Shown here piece after piece: positions 10,143-18,929 of a stretch of 62,261 nt of DNA. Made by a program: the position numbers and the translations under genes. The stretch is taken from assembly GCA_959604115.1 (NCBI GenBank), contig CAUHBW010000001.1, positions 1 to 62,261 on the forward strand, read 5' to 3'. Each line of letters begins with the position of its first letter. Within the stretch, counting starts at the first letter, position 1. The notes below the pieces were generated by a model, which was not told where the DNA came from, ran no database searches, and worked only from the letters and a program-made list of their open reading frames with translations. The DNA comes from an uncultured Bilophila sp. (GTDB taxonomy: Bacteria > Desulfobacterota > Desulfovibrionia > Desulfovibrionales > Desulfovibrionaceae).

Positions 10143-10322
10143 GTTTCGCGCCGTTGCCGAAGGAGCCCCAAACGCCCCCGCTGGCTGGAGCGTGCCAATC
10201 TGCGCCAAAGAGCCGGGTCATTCACGCCGAAAATCGGCAGGAGTCCCCATATCCCCCCACAGTCCTCACGCCACGTAAGGCCATCTCTCCTGCCTCCCAG
10301 TACGGGCGTGACCATTCTTCCG

Positions 10323-10800
10323 GAGGTATTCCCAAGCGTTTTTGAGACATCATGACGCAACCCCGTTGAATAAGGACCAAGATGCATCATGCTGAAGCGT
10401 TCGGAACGGATCGCCAAACGCCGAAAGTCATCCAGTCAGGCGAAAAACGCTCCCCTTCCAACGATTCATGAACAAGTCTCTGCGGAATGACAAAGGCCAT
10501 CCCCGCCTTTTGGTCTTCTTTCGTTCCGGAATGCTGTGCCCTGTTCCTCGCATGGCCACGGACGAAACGAAACCGGCTGTCGTCCCCTTGTCCGCGGCAA
10601 ATCCTCGTTGGACGGCGGCGCAACCTATCCCGGTACCCTCCGCAACCGCAACGGCACGGGGATTCACATCTCGGAAAGCGTCACGGGCAGCGGCAAACCA
10701 TTTCCTTCTACGACGGCATGGCGTTTCCGGTGCCCCTCCGCAACTCCTCCGTCGTCCCCCCTTTTGCCGGACAAGCGGGCCATCCAGCGCGTATTTTCTG
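10323..10800 (-). pseudogene. Degenerate, frameshifted IS5-family DDE transposase remnant with right-end-like sequence
   Basis: Ordered motifs in shifting - frames: ALDGPLVRQKGG, KRHAVVEGNGLPLPVTLS, AADKG....RG...IP.RK, DFRRLAIRSERF.MMHLG. These match recalled IS5-family motifs (IDGT.V.AKKGG, KRH..VD..GLPL, ADKGYD, FRRL..RYER). Confidence 0.75.
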
Positions 10801-11439
10801 ACAAGCTTTCCTTTGAACTCCCTCGAAAAAAAGCACATGCCATACTCAATTTCTCTCCTGCACGCGTGAAGCCCGCGCGGGTCCCAACGGTTCGATATCG
10901 ATGGCCTACTCGCTCAGGCCAAACGCGGAGCCCCCTTTGACCGGCAGATTACCGGAACGATGTTTTTCGGGCACAGTACCGCCTTTCCCTTGACGGACTC
11001 AGGCGCACCGAACACATTCGGGAAGTTGTGGGGTAAACCCCCTTGCCCAAAAGAATCGGAGGCAGGACGAGCAAGAATCGCGTGGCGTCCCATGTCAGAA
11101 AGGCCTCGTATCCGCCGAACCATGCAGGGCGAAGGTTTTTGGCAGGAGGACTACACCTGAAACGGACTCTTGAAAGCGCGCATACAGCAAACAGGCTTTG
11201 GATCGCATAACGGTTTCCTTTTGGAGAGAATATTGCAGGTCAGGGAGCACTCCCGATCCGTGTTCGTCCTCAGGCAAAAATTCCGTCAGCTCCCCCCAAA
11301 AGCTGTCCGGCCCCAAACAGCGGCTCAACCGGGACCGTCTCTAAAAAACTCGATTGCGACAGGCTAAGGGATACGCAAAGAGAAGGTTCGCGGCCCACAA
11401 GACGCCCTCTCCGCCTTTCAAGCTCAAACAGGAAAACGC

Positions 11440-13368
11440 ATGCTCCCGCAATATGAATTTCGCATGACTGTCATGGCCCCTTATAAGGGGCTGGATGCTA
11501 AGGTCTTCCGGCAAACAGCCAAAAATCTGCGTTGTCGTCTCCGGTTTGTGGATGTAGCCTTTGAAGAAGCCATTCCCCCCGCCAAATGCCTTTCCCCCGA
11601 CACCTGCGACATCATTCTCAGTCGAGGGATCACCGTGGACGTGATCAAACAACACTCGACCATCCCGGTGGTGCCCATCGACATTTCCGCATGGGACGTA
11701 CTTCAGGCCCTCCAGCCCTATACCGGGCACATCCGCAACGCCGTCTTTTTCCGCTACGGAACGCCGCTGCCCGGGCTTGCGCGCGTCGGAGAGGTACTCG
11801 GGATGAAGATCAGGGAATACCTGTATACCTCCCGGAACCAGATGCGGCTTCAACTTCTCCAGCTGAACCCGGCGGACGTGGACCTCTTTGTGGCGCGCGG
11901 AACGCTCATTTCCCAGTGGGCGGACGCGATGGGCTTCGCCACCCTTGAAATCATCGACGGGGAAATTTCCGCCAAACGGACGCTGCTGGAGGCCGTCAAC
12001 GTCGCCCGCGCCCGCCGCTCCGAGCGCCAGCGCACTGCCCGGTTTGAGGCTATCCTCGACGCGGTCGGCGAAGGTATCGTAGTCTACGACGAACAGGGGA
12101 AAGTCAATCTCGTCAACCCTTCGGCGGCACATCTCCTCAAATATTCCCGTAACGAAGCGCTCGGAAAGCACATCCGCACCGTTATGCCGGGCATATTCTC
12201 GCCAGACGCCGTCACGACGGGCAAAGCCGAGCAGGGTCGTATTCAGGACGTCCGGGGAACAACCATCGTCATCAACCGTGTACCTATTCTTTTTCAGGGG
12301 CAGAACATAGGCACCGTCTGTTCCCTCTCCGACGCCAGACACATTTCCCGGGCGGAAGAAAATCTTCGTACCAGTTTGAAATCAAAGGGTTTCACTACAC
12401 GCTACCGTTTCGATGACATCCGCACTCGTTCCCCACACATGTGCCACCTCAAGGAACTCGGCATGCTCTACGCCTCCACCGGCGCCAACCTGCTCATCTG
12501 CGGGGAGTCCGGCACCGGCAAGGAACTGTTCGCCCAGAGCATCCACGCGGCCAGCTCCCGCGAGGACAAGCCTTTCGTGGCCGTAAACTGCGCCGCCATT
12601 CCCGAAGGTCTGCTGGAAAGCGAACTGTTCGGCTACGAGGAAGGCGCATTCACCGGAGCGAAACGACAGGGCAAGGCGGGCATGTTCGAGCTGGCCCACA
12701 CCGGCACACTGTTCCTCGACGAAATCGGGGATTTGCCCCTCGCCCTTCAGGGCAGACTCCTGCGCGTGCTTCAGGAACGCGAGTTTGTGCGCGTGGGCGG
12801 TACGCAGGTGATCCATCTCGACGTCCGCGTCCTGTGCGCCACCCATCAAGACCTTCGTCGGCTCATGGCGGAGGGACGGTTCCGTACCGACCTGTACTAC
12901 CGCCTCAACGTCCTGTCGCTGCGCCTGCCGCCGCTCCGCGAACGGCCCGAGGACATCATTGATCTCGCCGTGTCCCACCTGCGGGCGCACCTCGACGAGC
13001 CTCCGGCGGCGGAATGCCTCGCCGCGCAACTTGAACGCCCCCTGCTCCGCCACACGTGGCCCGGCAACATTCGCGAACTGCTCAGCGTCATGGAGCGCGT
13101 GGCCATCGTGGCGAACCATATGGCGGAAGTGACCGACTGGGAGCGACTCCTTATGGAGCTATGGGAAGAATCCTCCTTTAATCCCCGACCGGAACCGCCC
13201 GCCCCGGCTGAAGAGGCACCCCTTTCCCTCAAAAGCCACATGGCGCGCGAAGAGGCGCAGTTCGTCCGGAACACCGTGGAACGTTGCGGCGGCGACATGA
13301 ATAGCGCGGCAAACATCCTCGGCATCAGCCGGATGACGCTCTGGCGCAAGCTGCGAGCCCTCGACTGA
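11440..13368 (+). CDS. Sigma54-dependent activator, PrpR-like (PrpR_N, PAS, AAA+, Fis HTH)
   Basis: ILSRG.T...IK...TIPVVPI..S.WDVL; PAS region; GESGTGKE, ESELFGYEEGAFTGA, LFLDEI, WPGNIREL, LGISRMTLWRK. Confidence 0.93.
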   Translation: MLPQYEFRMTVMAPYKGLDAKVFRQTAKNLRCRLRFVDVAFEEAIPPAKCLSPDTCDIILSRGITVDVIKQHSTIPVVPIDISAWDVLQALQPYTGHIRNAVFFRYGTPLPGLARVGEVLGMKIREYLYTSRNQMRLQLLQLNPADVDLFVARGTLISQWADAMGFATLEIIDGEISAKRTLLEAVNVARARRSERQRTARFEAILDAVGEGIVVYDEQGKVNLVNPSAAHLLKYSRNEALGKHIRTVMPGIFSPDAVTTGKAEQGRIQDVRGTTIVINRVPILFQGQNIGTVCSLSDARHISRAEENLRTSLKSKGFTTRYRFDDIRTRSPHMCHLKELGMLYASTGANLLICGESGTGKELFAQSIHAASSREDKPFVAVNCAAIPEGLLESELFGYEEGAFTGAKRQGKAGMFELAHTGTLFLDEIGDLPLALQGRLLRVLQEREFVRVGGTQVIHLDVRVLCATHQDLRRLMAEGRFRTDLYYRLNVLSLRLPPLRERPEDIIDLAVSHLRAHLDEPPAAECLAAQLERPLLRHTWPGNIRELLSVMERVAIVANHMAEVTDWERLLMELWEESSFNPRPEPPAPAEEAPLSLKSHMAREEAQFVRNTVERCGGDMNSAANILGISRMTLWRKLRALD

Positions 13369-13389
13369 GAGTCGAAATCACCCGGCATT

Positions 13390-13437
13390 GTAACAAATAT
13401 AATACGCAAAGGCGGCCAGCCGTAACATTTTTGTTAC
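13390..13437. promoter_or_regulatory. Candidate enhancer (UAS) pair for the PrpR-like activator
   Basis: GTAACA-TTTT-TGTTAC palindrome at 13422-13437 and a partial copy GTAACA-AATA-TAATAC at 13390-13405. Confidence 0.55.
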
Positions 13438-13498
13438 CGGCGGACCGCTTTTTCTTTCATTTTTAAAACGAATAGGGAGCTTTTTTCCAAAAATCCAC

Positions 13499-13514
13499 TG
13501 GCATATTTCTTGAT
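13499..13514 (+). promoter_or_regulatory. Sigma54 (-24/-12) promoter of the TTT-amidohydrolase operon
   Basis: TGGCAT-ATTTC-TTGAT against consensus TGGCAC-N5-TTGC, directly downstream of a bEBP gene. Confidence 0.7.
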
Positions 13515-13584
13515 ATAATCTCCGGCAATAGTCGGCGCAGACTTTCCTGCATATCTCCACACAACCCCAAAGGATGGAATGGTC

Positions 13585-14583
13585 ATGAAGAAAAGCATCA
13601 TCGCCTCGTTGTTCCTCGCCTGTACCCTTTTCGTCGGCGGCAACACGGATGCCCGTGCCGAGTATCCCTACGACAAACCCATCAATATTATCGTGCCCTT
13701 CGGTCCCGGAGGCGGGGTGGACATCGCGGCGCGCATCCTCGCCGACTACTTCCAGCAGAACTACAACATCACGATCAACGTCATCAACAAGCCCGGCGGC
13801 GCGCAGGCCATCGGAATCAATGAAATGCTCCGCGCCCGGCCTGACGGCTACACGCTCGCCTTCCCCGGTTTCAGCGCCCTCGCCACCACGCCCAAACTGA
13901 CCAACGTAGGCTACACGCTCAAGGACATCAAGCCCGTGGCCCACATCGCCGCCATGGAATGCGTGCTTAGCACCAACAAGGCTTCCGGCATTGACGCCTA
14001 TGCCAAATTTCTCGAAACCGCCGAAAAGGATCCGGACGGCACCGTCTACGGTACCACCGGGGCCATTTCCACGCAGCGTCTCTACATGACCAAACTGCTC
14101 GAACGTTTCCACAAGGGCCTCAAAATCCGCCACGCCGCCTACACAAGCGGCCACGAAGTGAGCACCGCCCTGCTCGGCAAACACATCACCGCCGGGTTCC
14201 AAGTTCCCGCCAACATCCTCCCCTACGCCAACTCCGGGGATTTCAACGTCATCGCCATTTCCCGCAAGGAACGCCGCGCCGATCTGCCCAACACCCCCAC
14301 GTTCCGTGAACTGTACGCGGATCAGATGACTCCCGAGGACGAAAAGTGGATCGATCTCGGCGCGTGGCACGGCCTCATCTTTTCCAAGAAGGTCAAGGAC
14401 GATCGCGTCGCCAAGCTCGAACCCCTCGTCGAAAAGGCCATGAAGGATCCCGCCGTCATCGAAAAGTTCAACAAAATCGGACTGTCGGCAGACTACCTCC
14501 CTGCCGGGGACTTTGGAAAGCTCATCCAGTCATCCTCGGACCTCGTCGACGAAGTGCTGGCCGGGCGCAAGTCGCTTGACTGA
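13585..14583 (+). CDS. tctC: Tripartite tricarboxylate transporter binding protein (TctC/Bug)
   Basis: YP.KPINIIVPFGPGGGVDIAAR, NKPGG, PDGYTL; signal peptide. Confidence 0.92.
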   Translation: MKKSIIASLFLACTLFVGGNTDARAEYPYDKPINIIVPFGPGGGVDIAARILADYFQQNYNITINVINKPGGAQAIGINEMLRARPDGYTLAFPGFSALATTPKLTNVGYTLKDIKPVAHIAAMECVLSTNKASGIDAYAKFLETAEKDPDGTVYGTTGAISTQRLYMTKLLERFHKGLKIRHAAYTSGHEVSTALLGKHITAGFQVPANILPYANSGDFNVIAISRKERRADLPNTPTFRELYADQMTPEDEKWIDLGAWHGLIFSKKVKDDRVAKLEPLVEKAMKDPAVIEKFNKIGLSADYLPAGDFGKLIQSSSDLVDEVLAGRKSLD

Positions 14584-14645
14584 CCGAACCTCTGGGCGAA
14601 GCGCGGTTGCGCTTCGCCCTTCCTTTTCGCGACGAGGAAAGTTTC

Positions 14646-15122
14646 ATGAAAAACAAGACGGACTTCTTCATCGGATTGGCGCTGCTTGTCTTCTGTTGCG
14701 TCATGGCCCACCAGATATATTTGATTCCCGAATCAGCATCAAATGACGCGTTTACGGCGGCATCGTTCCCCACCGGCATCACCGTTGCGCTGGCCCTCCT
14801 GTCCCTCATCCTCATGGGGCGGGCAGCCTTCGGCAAAGAGGCAGCCGCCTGTTGGCCCGAAAAAACGCTCTTCATCAAAATCGCCCTTATGGGCATATGG
14901 ATTCTTGCCTATGTCGTCGGCTTTATCTTCCTCGGGGAATACGCCTACGACATGGAATGGCCCGAAGGTACCGGCTTCACCATCTCCACACTGATTTTCA
15001 TTTCCGGAGCGCTGCTTCTGACAGGCTACCGGAACCCGCTCAAGATAGGTCTCATATCCGCCGGGATATCGGCCTTTCTGTTCGCCGTGTTCGCCATCTT
15101 CTTCAAAGTTCCTCTCCCCTAA
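14646..15122 (+). CDS. tctB: TTT small membrane subunit
   Basis: Four to five TM segments, FP motif, ends FAIFFKVPLP; lies between tctC and tctA. Confidence 0.85.
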   Translation: MKNKTDFFIGLALLVFCCVMAHQIYLIPESASNDAFTAASFPTGITVALALLSLILMGRAAFGKEAAACWPEKTLFIKIALMGIWILAYVVGFIFLGEYAYDMEWPEGTGFTISTLIFISGALLLTGYRNPLKIGLISAGISAFLFAVFAIFFKVPLP

Positions 15123-15136
15123 AAAGGCGGTATCCC

Positions 15137-16642
15137 ATGTTCGACGCCTTCATTTCAGCCTTCAGCTCGGCTTGCAGTCCGGAAGCCCTCATAGCCAACT
15201 TCGTCGGCGTGGCCCTCGGCATCGTCTTCGGCGCGCTCCCCGGCCTCACCGCCGTCATGGGCGTTGCCCTGCTCATCCCCCTGACCTTCGGATTCGCCCC
15301 GGTCATCGCCTTCTCCGCCCTGCTCGGCATGTACTGCGGAGCCATCTACGCGGGAAGCATCACCGCCATCCTCGTAGGCACGCCCGGCACGGCGGCAGCC
15401 GCAGCGACCATGCTTGAGGGGCCGCAGTTCACAGCGCGGGGGGAATCCCTCAAGGCGCTGGAAATGACCACCATCGCCTCATTTATCGGCGGCATCTTCT
15501 CCTGTATCGTCCTGGCCTCCGTGGCCCCGCAGCTGGCCCATTTCGCGCTCGACTTCAGCGCACCGGAATACTTCTCCCTCGGCATCTTCGGCCTCACCAT
15601 CGTGGCGACGCTCTCTGAGGGGGCTCTGCTCAAGGGGTGCATCGCGGCGCTGCTCGGCATGCTCATTTCCATGATCGGCATGGACCCGATTTCCGGCAAT
15701 CTTCGGATGACCTTCAGCTCCTCCAACCTGATCAACGGCGTGTCGCTCGTGCCCGCGCTCGTCGGCCTGTACGCGCTCTCGCAGGTGCTGATCACCCTTG
15801 AGGACGTGTTTCTGGGCCGCAAGCTCTCGACCGCAGAAATCTCCCGCAAAGGAATCTCGCTTGCCGACCTCTGGAACAACCGGGGGGCATTGCTGCGCGG
15901 GTCGTTCATCGGCACGTTCATCGGCATCGTGCCCGCCACCGGCTCCGGTACGGCCTCTTTCGCGGCCTACAGCGAAACAAAGCGCCACTCGAAGCATCCC
16001 GAACTGTTCGGCAAGGGTTCTCTCGAAGGCATCGCGGCGACGGAATCGGCCAACAACGCCGTCACCGGAGGCGCGCTCATCCCCCTGCTGACCCTCGGCG
16101 TACCCGGCGACGTGGTCACGGCGATTATGCTCGGCGCGCTCATGATTCAGGGCATGACCCCCGGTCCGCTGCTGTTCCAGGAACAAGGCACTCTCGTCTA
16201 CAGCATCTTCATCGCCCTGTTTCTTGCCAACATCTTTATGTTGGCACTCGGCTACAATGCGGTTCGTCTGTTCGCCAAGATCGTGCTCATTCCCGGCGGA
16301 GTTCTTATGCCCCTTGTGGTCACCCTGTGCGTAGTGGGCGGATACGCCCTCAATAACTCCAACTTTGATCTCGCCGTCATGGTTTCCTTCGGGTTCATCG
16401 GCTACATCATGACCAAGGCGCGCTTCCCGCTCGCCCCCCTGCTCCTCGCCATGATTCTGTCCGGCATCATCGAAACGAACTTCCGCCGGGCGCTCAGCAT
16501 CTCCAACCAGGATTTCTCGGTGTTCTTCACCCGCCCGGTCTGCGCGGCGTTCCTCGCCATCAGCCTCTTCATCCTGTTCAATCTGCTCTGGAAGGAGTGG
16601 AGGAAGTACCGCATGCTCCGCGCCCTGCCCAAGAACGCCTGA
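15137..16642 (+). CDS. tctA: TTT large membrane subunit
   Basis: GIVFGALPGL, GTPGT, EGIAATESANNA, LLTLGVPGD, PGPLLF. Confidence 0.94.
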   Translation: MFDAFISAFSSACSPEALIANFVGVALGIVFGALPGLTAVMGVALLIPLTFGFAPVIAFSALLGMYCGAIYAGSITAILVGTPGTAAAAATMLEGPQFTARGESLKALEMTTIASFIGGIFSCIVLASVAPQLAHFALDFSAPEYFSLGIFGLTIVATLSEGALLKGCIAALLGMLISMIGMDPISGNLRMTFSSSNLINGVSLVPALVGLYALSQVLITLEDVFLGRKLSTAEISRKGISLADLWNNRGALLRGSFIGTFIGIVPATGSGTASFAAYSETKRHSKHPELFGKGSLEGIAATESANNAVTGGALIPLLTLGVPGDVVTAIMLGALMIQGMTPGPLLFQEQGTLVYSIFIALFLANIFMLALGYNAVRLFAKIVLIPGGVLMPLVVTLCVVGGYALNNSNFDLAVMVSFGFIGYIMTKARFPLAPLLLAMILSGIIETNFRRALSISNQDFSVFFTRPVCAAFLAISLFILFNLLWKEWRKYRMLRALPKNA

Positions 16643-16670
16643 GCCCGCAACCCTTTTTCCGAGGATAGCC

Positions 16671-18320
16671 ATGCAATACGCGACCCATATCTACCGGAAC
16701 GGCGTCATCCTGACGATGGATTCTCGCTGCTCCATCGTCTCCAGCCTTGCCGTGCGCGGCGAAACCATCCTCGCCGTGGGTTCGGACGCGGAAACGGCCC
16801 CGTTCCAAAACGCCGAAACCCGCGTCGTCGATCTCGGCGGCGCGTTCATGATGCCGGGCTTCTACGACTGCCACAGCCATTTCATGCGCGCGGGCATGTA
16901 CAACCGGTACTACCTTGACGTGAATTCCCATCCCATCGGAACGGTCAGGACGCACGACGACATCCGCCGCAAGGTCCGCGAAGCCCTTGAGTGGGTGCCC
17001 GCCGGAGAGTGGCTCCTCTGCGCAGGGTACGACGACACGGCCGTCGCCGAGGCGCGGCACTTCACGCTTGCCGAGCTGGACGCGATGGCTCCGGATCACC
17101 CGCTGTTCCTGCGCCACATCTCCGGGCATCTCGCTCTGTGCAACAGCCGGGCGTTCGAGGCCGCCGGAATCACGGACGGCACCCTGAATCCGGCGGGGGG
17201 GATATTCCGGCGCGATGCCGGCGGACGCCTCACCGGATTGGTGGAGGAACCCGCCGCCATGGAGATGGTGCTCGAAGCCTCCCCGCAGATGACCGAGGAA
17301 AAATGGCTGGGCGCATTGGAACGGGCGACCGACGACTATGTGGCCAAGGGCGTGACCACGGCCCATGACGGCGGCGTGACCACCCCCATGTGGCGGAACT
17401 ACATGCTGGCCCACAAGCTCGGGATGCTCAAAAACCGTGTGCAGCTCCTGCCCAAACACGGCTTTTTCGACTTCTCGCTGGCTCCCACCACTCGGTGCGG
17501 CACACCGCTCACCAGTGACGGCCTGCTCAGCATGGGCGCGGTCAAACTGTTTCAGGACGGCAGCCTGCAAGGCTATACCGGCTATCTGAGCAATCCCTAC
17601 CATTCAATGCCGGACGGCATATCTGACGGCTTGTGGCGGGGATACCCCATCCACAACTCCCGGCGACTCGCCGAAATTGTCACCCGCTATCACGAAGAAG
17701 GCTGGCAGGTCGCCATCCACGGCAACGGCGACGCGGGCATCGAAGACATCCTCAATGCCTTTGAGGAAGCGCAGAAGTCGTATCCTCGAACCAACGCGCG
17801 GCACATCATCATCCATTGCCAGACGGTCCGCGAAGATCAGCTCGACCGCATCGAACGGCTCGGCGTGGTTCCCTCGTTCTTTACCGTGCATACCTATTAC
17901 TGGGGCGACCGGCACCGGGACCTCTTCCTCGGCGAAGCCCGCGCATCGCGCATCGATCCGCTGCGGAGCGCGTTGAAACGGGGCATCCGGTTCACCTCTC
18001 ACAACGATACCGCCGTGACGCCCATCGATCCGCTGCTTTCCGTCTGGTCGGCGGTCAACCGTCTTACCGGCAGCGGCAAGGTGCTCGGCGAGGATCAGAC
18101 CGTCTCCGTGCTCGACGCCCTAAAAAGTATCACCATCTGGGGCGCGTACCAGTTCCACGAAGAGCGGATCAAGGGCAGCCTTGAACCCGGCAAGCTCGCG
18201 GACATGGTGGTGCTCGGCGAAAATCCGCTCGAAATCGCACCCGAACGCCTCAAGGACATCCCGATTCTGGCAACGCTTGTCGGCAACCGGCTCGTGTACG
18301 GCTCACTGGAATTGTCATAA
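16671..18320 (+). CDS. Metal-dependent amidohydrolase family 3 (YtcJ/NfdA-like)
   Basis: PGFYDCHSH, KLFQDGSLQGYT, IHGNGD, IHCQ, SHND, GSLEPGKLAD. Confidence 0.9.
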   Translation: MQYATHIYRNGVILTMDSRCSIVSSLAVRGETILAVGSDAETAPFQNAETRVVDLGGAFMMPGFYDCHSHFMRAGMYNRYYLDVNSHPIGTVRTHDDIRRKVREALEWVPAGEWLLCAGYDDTAVAEARHFTLAELDAMAPDHPLFLRHISGHLALCNSRAFEAAGITDGTLNPAGGIFRRDAGGRLTGLVEEPAAMEMVLEASPQMTEEKWLGALERATDDYVAKGVTTAHDGGVTTPMWRNYMLAHKLGMLKNRVQLLPKHGFFDFSLAPTTRCGTPLTSDGLLSMGAVKLFQDGSLQGYTGYLSNPYHSMPDGISDGLWRGYPIHNSRRLAEIVTRYHEEGWQVAIHGNGDAGIEDILNAFEEAQKSYPRTNARHIIIHCQTVREDQLDRIERLGVVPSFFTVHTYYWGDRHRDLFLGEARASRIDPLRSALKRGIRFTSHNDTAVTPIDPLLSVWSAVNRLTGSGKVLGEDQTVSVLDALKSITIWGAYQFHEERIKGSLEPGKLADMVVLGENPLEIAPERLKDIPILATLVGNRLVYGSLELS

Positions 18321-18332
18321 GCATCGACAAGG

Positions 18333-18362
18333 AAAGGGCCGGGGCGTCACCCCGGCCTTTTT
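18333..18362 (+). terminator. Intrinsic terminator
   Basis: GGCCGGGG-cgtca-CCCCGGCC followed by TTTTT. Confidence 0.8.
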
Positions 18363-18390
18363 GATCGCATAGCCCGTCGGGAGACGCAAA

Positions 18391-18450
18391 AGGTCATTTC
18401 ACAGCGTTTTCGAGAAGGATCATGACGTGACCCCGTTGCATAAAGCCAAG
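18391..18450 (-). mobile_element. Second short remnant of the same IS5-like right end
   Basis: 18403-18450 aligns by eye to 10335-10381 (about 40 of 49 columns identical); encodes LGFMQRGHVMILL on the - strand; ends in AGGTCATTTCA. Confidence 0.6.
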
Positions 18451-18487
18451 GTCAAGGAGAGTTCCCGGAAAACGACATCCCATACGC

Positions 18488-18913
18488 TTACTGGTTTGTA
18501 TTTTTAATCAATTCCGTCAAGATACTCCTCAGGCGTCTCGCCAGCTCTCCATCTTCCCCGGGCTTTCTGCCGCTGATTCCCAGACCGCCGATGCATTTCC
18601 CCTTCTCATCGAAAAGGGGAACGCCTCCTTCCAGCGTCGTGAACGCCGGATCGCAGAAATCGGCAATCGCGAGCCGCTCCCTCAACAGCCTTTCATGAAA
18701 ATCCTTTGTGGAGATTTCCATACGCAAGGCCGTGTAGGCTTTGCCCTTTGCGATCGGGATTGCCCGTTCCGGCGTACCGTCCATGCTGAACAGGACGGAG
18801 AGCGCCCCGCTGCGATTGACGATGGCAAGACATACCGGGGCGCCGCCGCCGGCTTCCGCCTCCAATCCGTTGAGGACAGCCAGCAGCGTACGTGTCGAAA
18901 GAATATGTTCCAT
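18488..18913 (-). CDS. GlcG/HbpS (heme-binding, PduO-C-like) family protein
   Basis: VCLAIVN..G.L....MDG.....IPIA.GKAYTA, LEGGVPL, IGGLGISG. Confidence 0.85.
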   Translation of the reverse strand: MEHILSTRTLLAVLNGLEAEAGGGAPVCLAIVNRSGALSVLFSMDGTPERAIPIAKGKAYTALRMEISTKDFHERLLRERLAIADFCDPAFTTLEGGVPLFDEKGKCIGGLGISGRKPGEDGELARRLRSILTELIKNTNQ

Positions 18914-18929
18914 CAGTGCTCCCGTCAGG

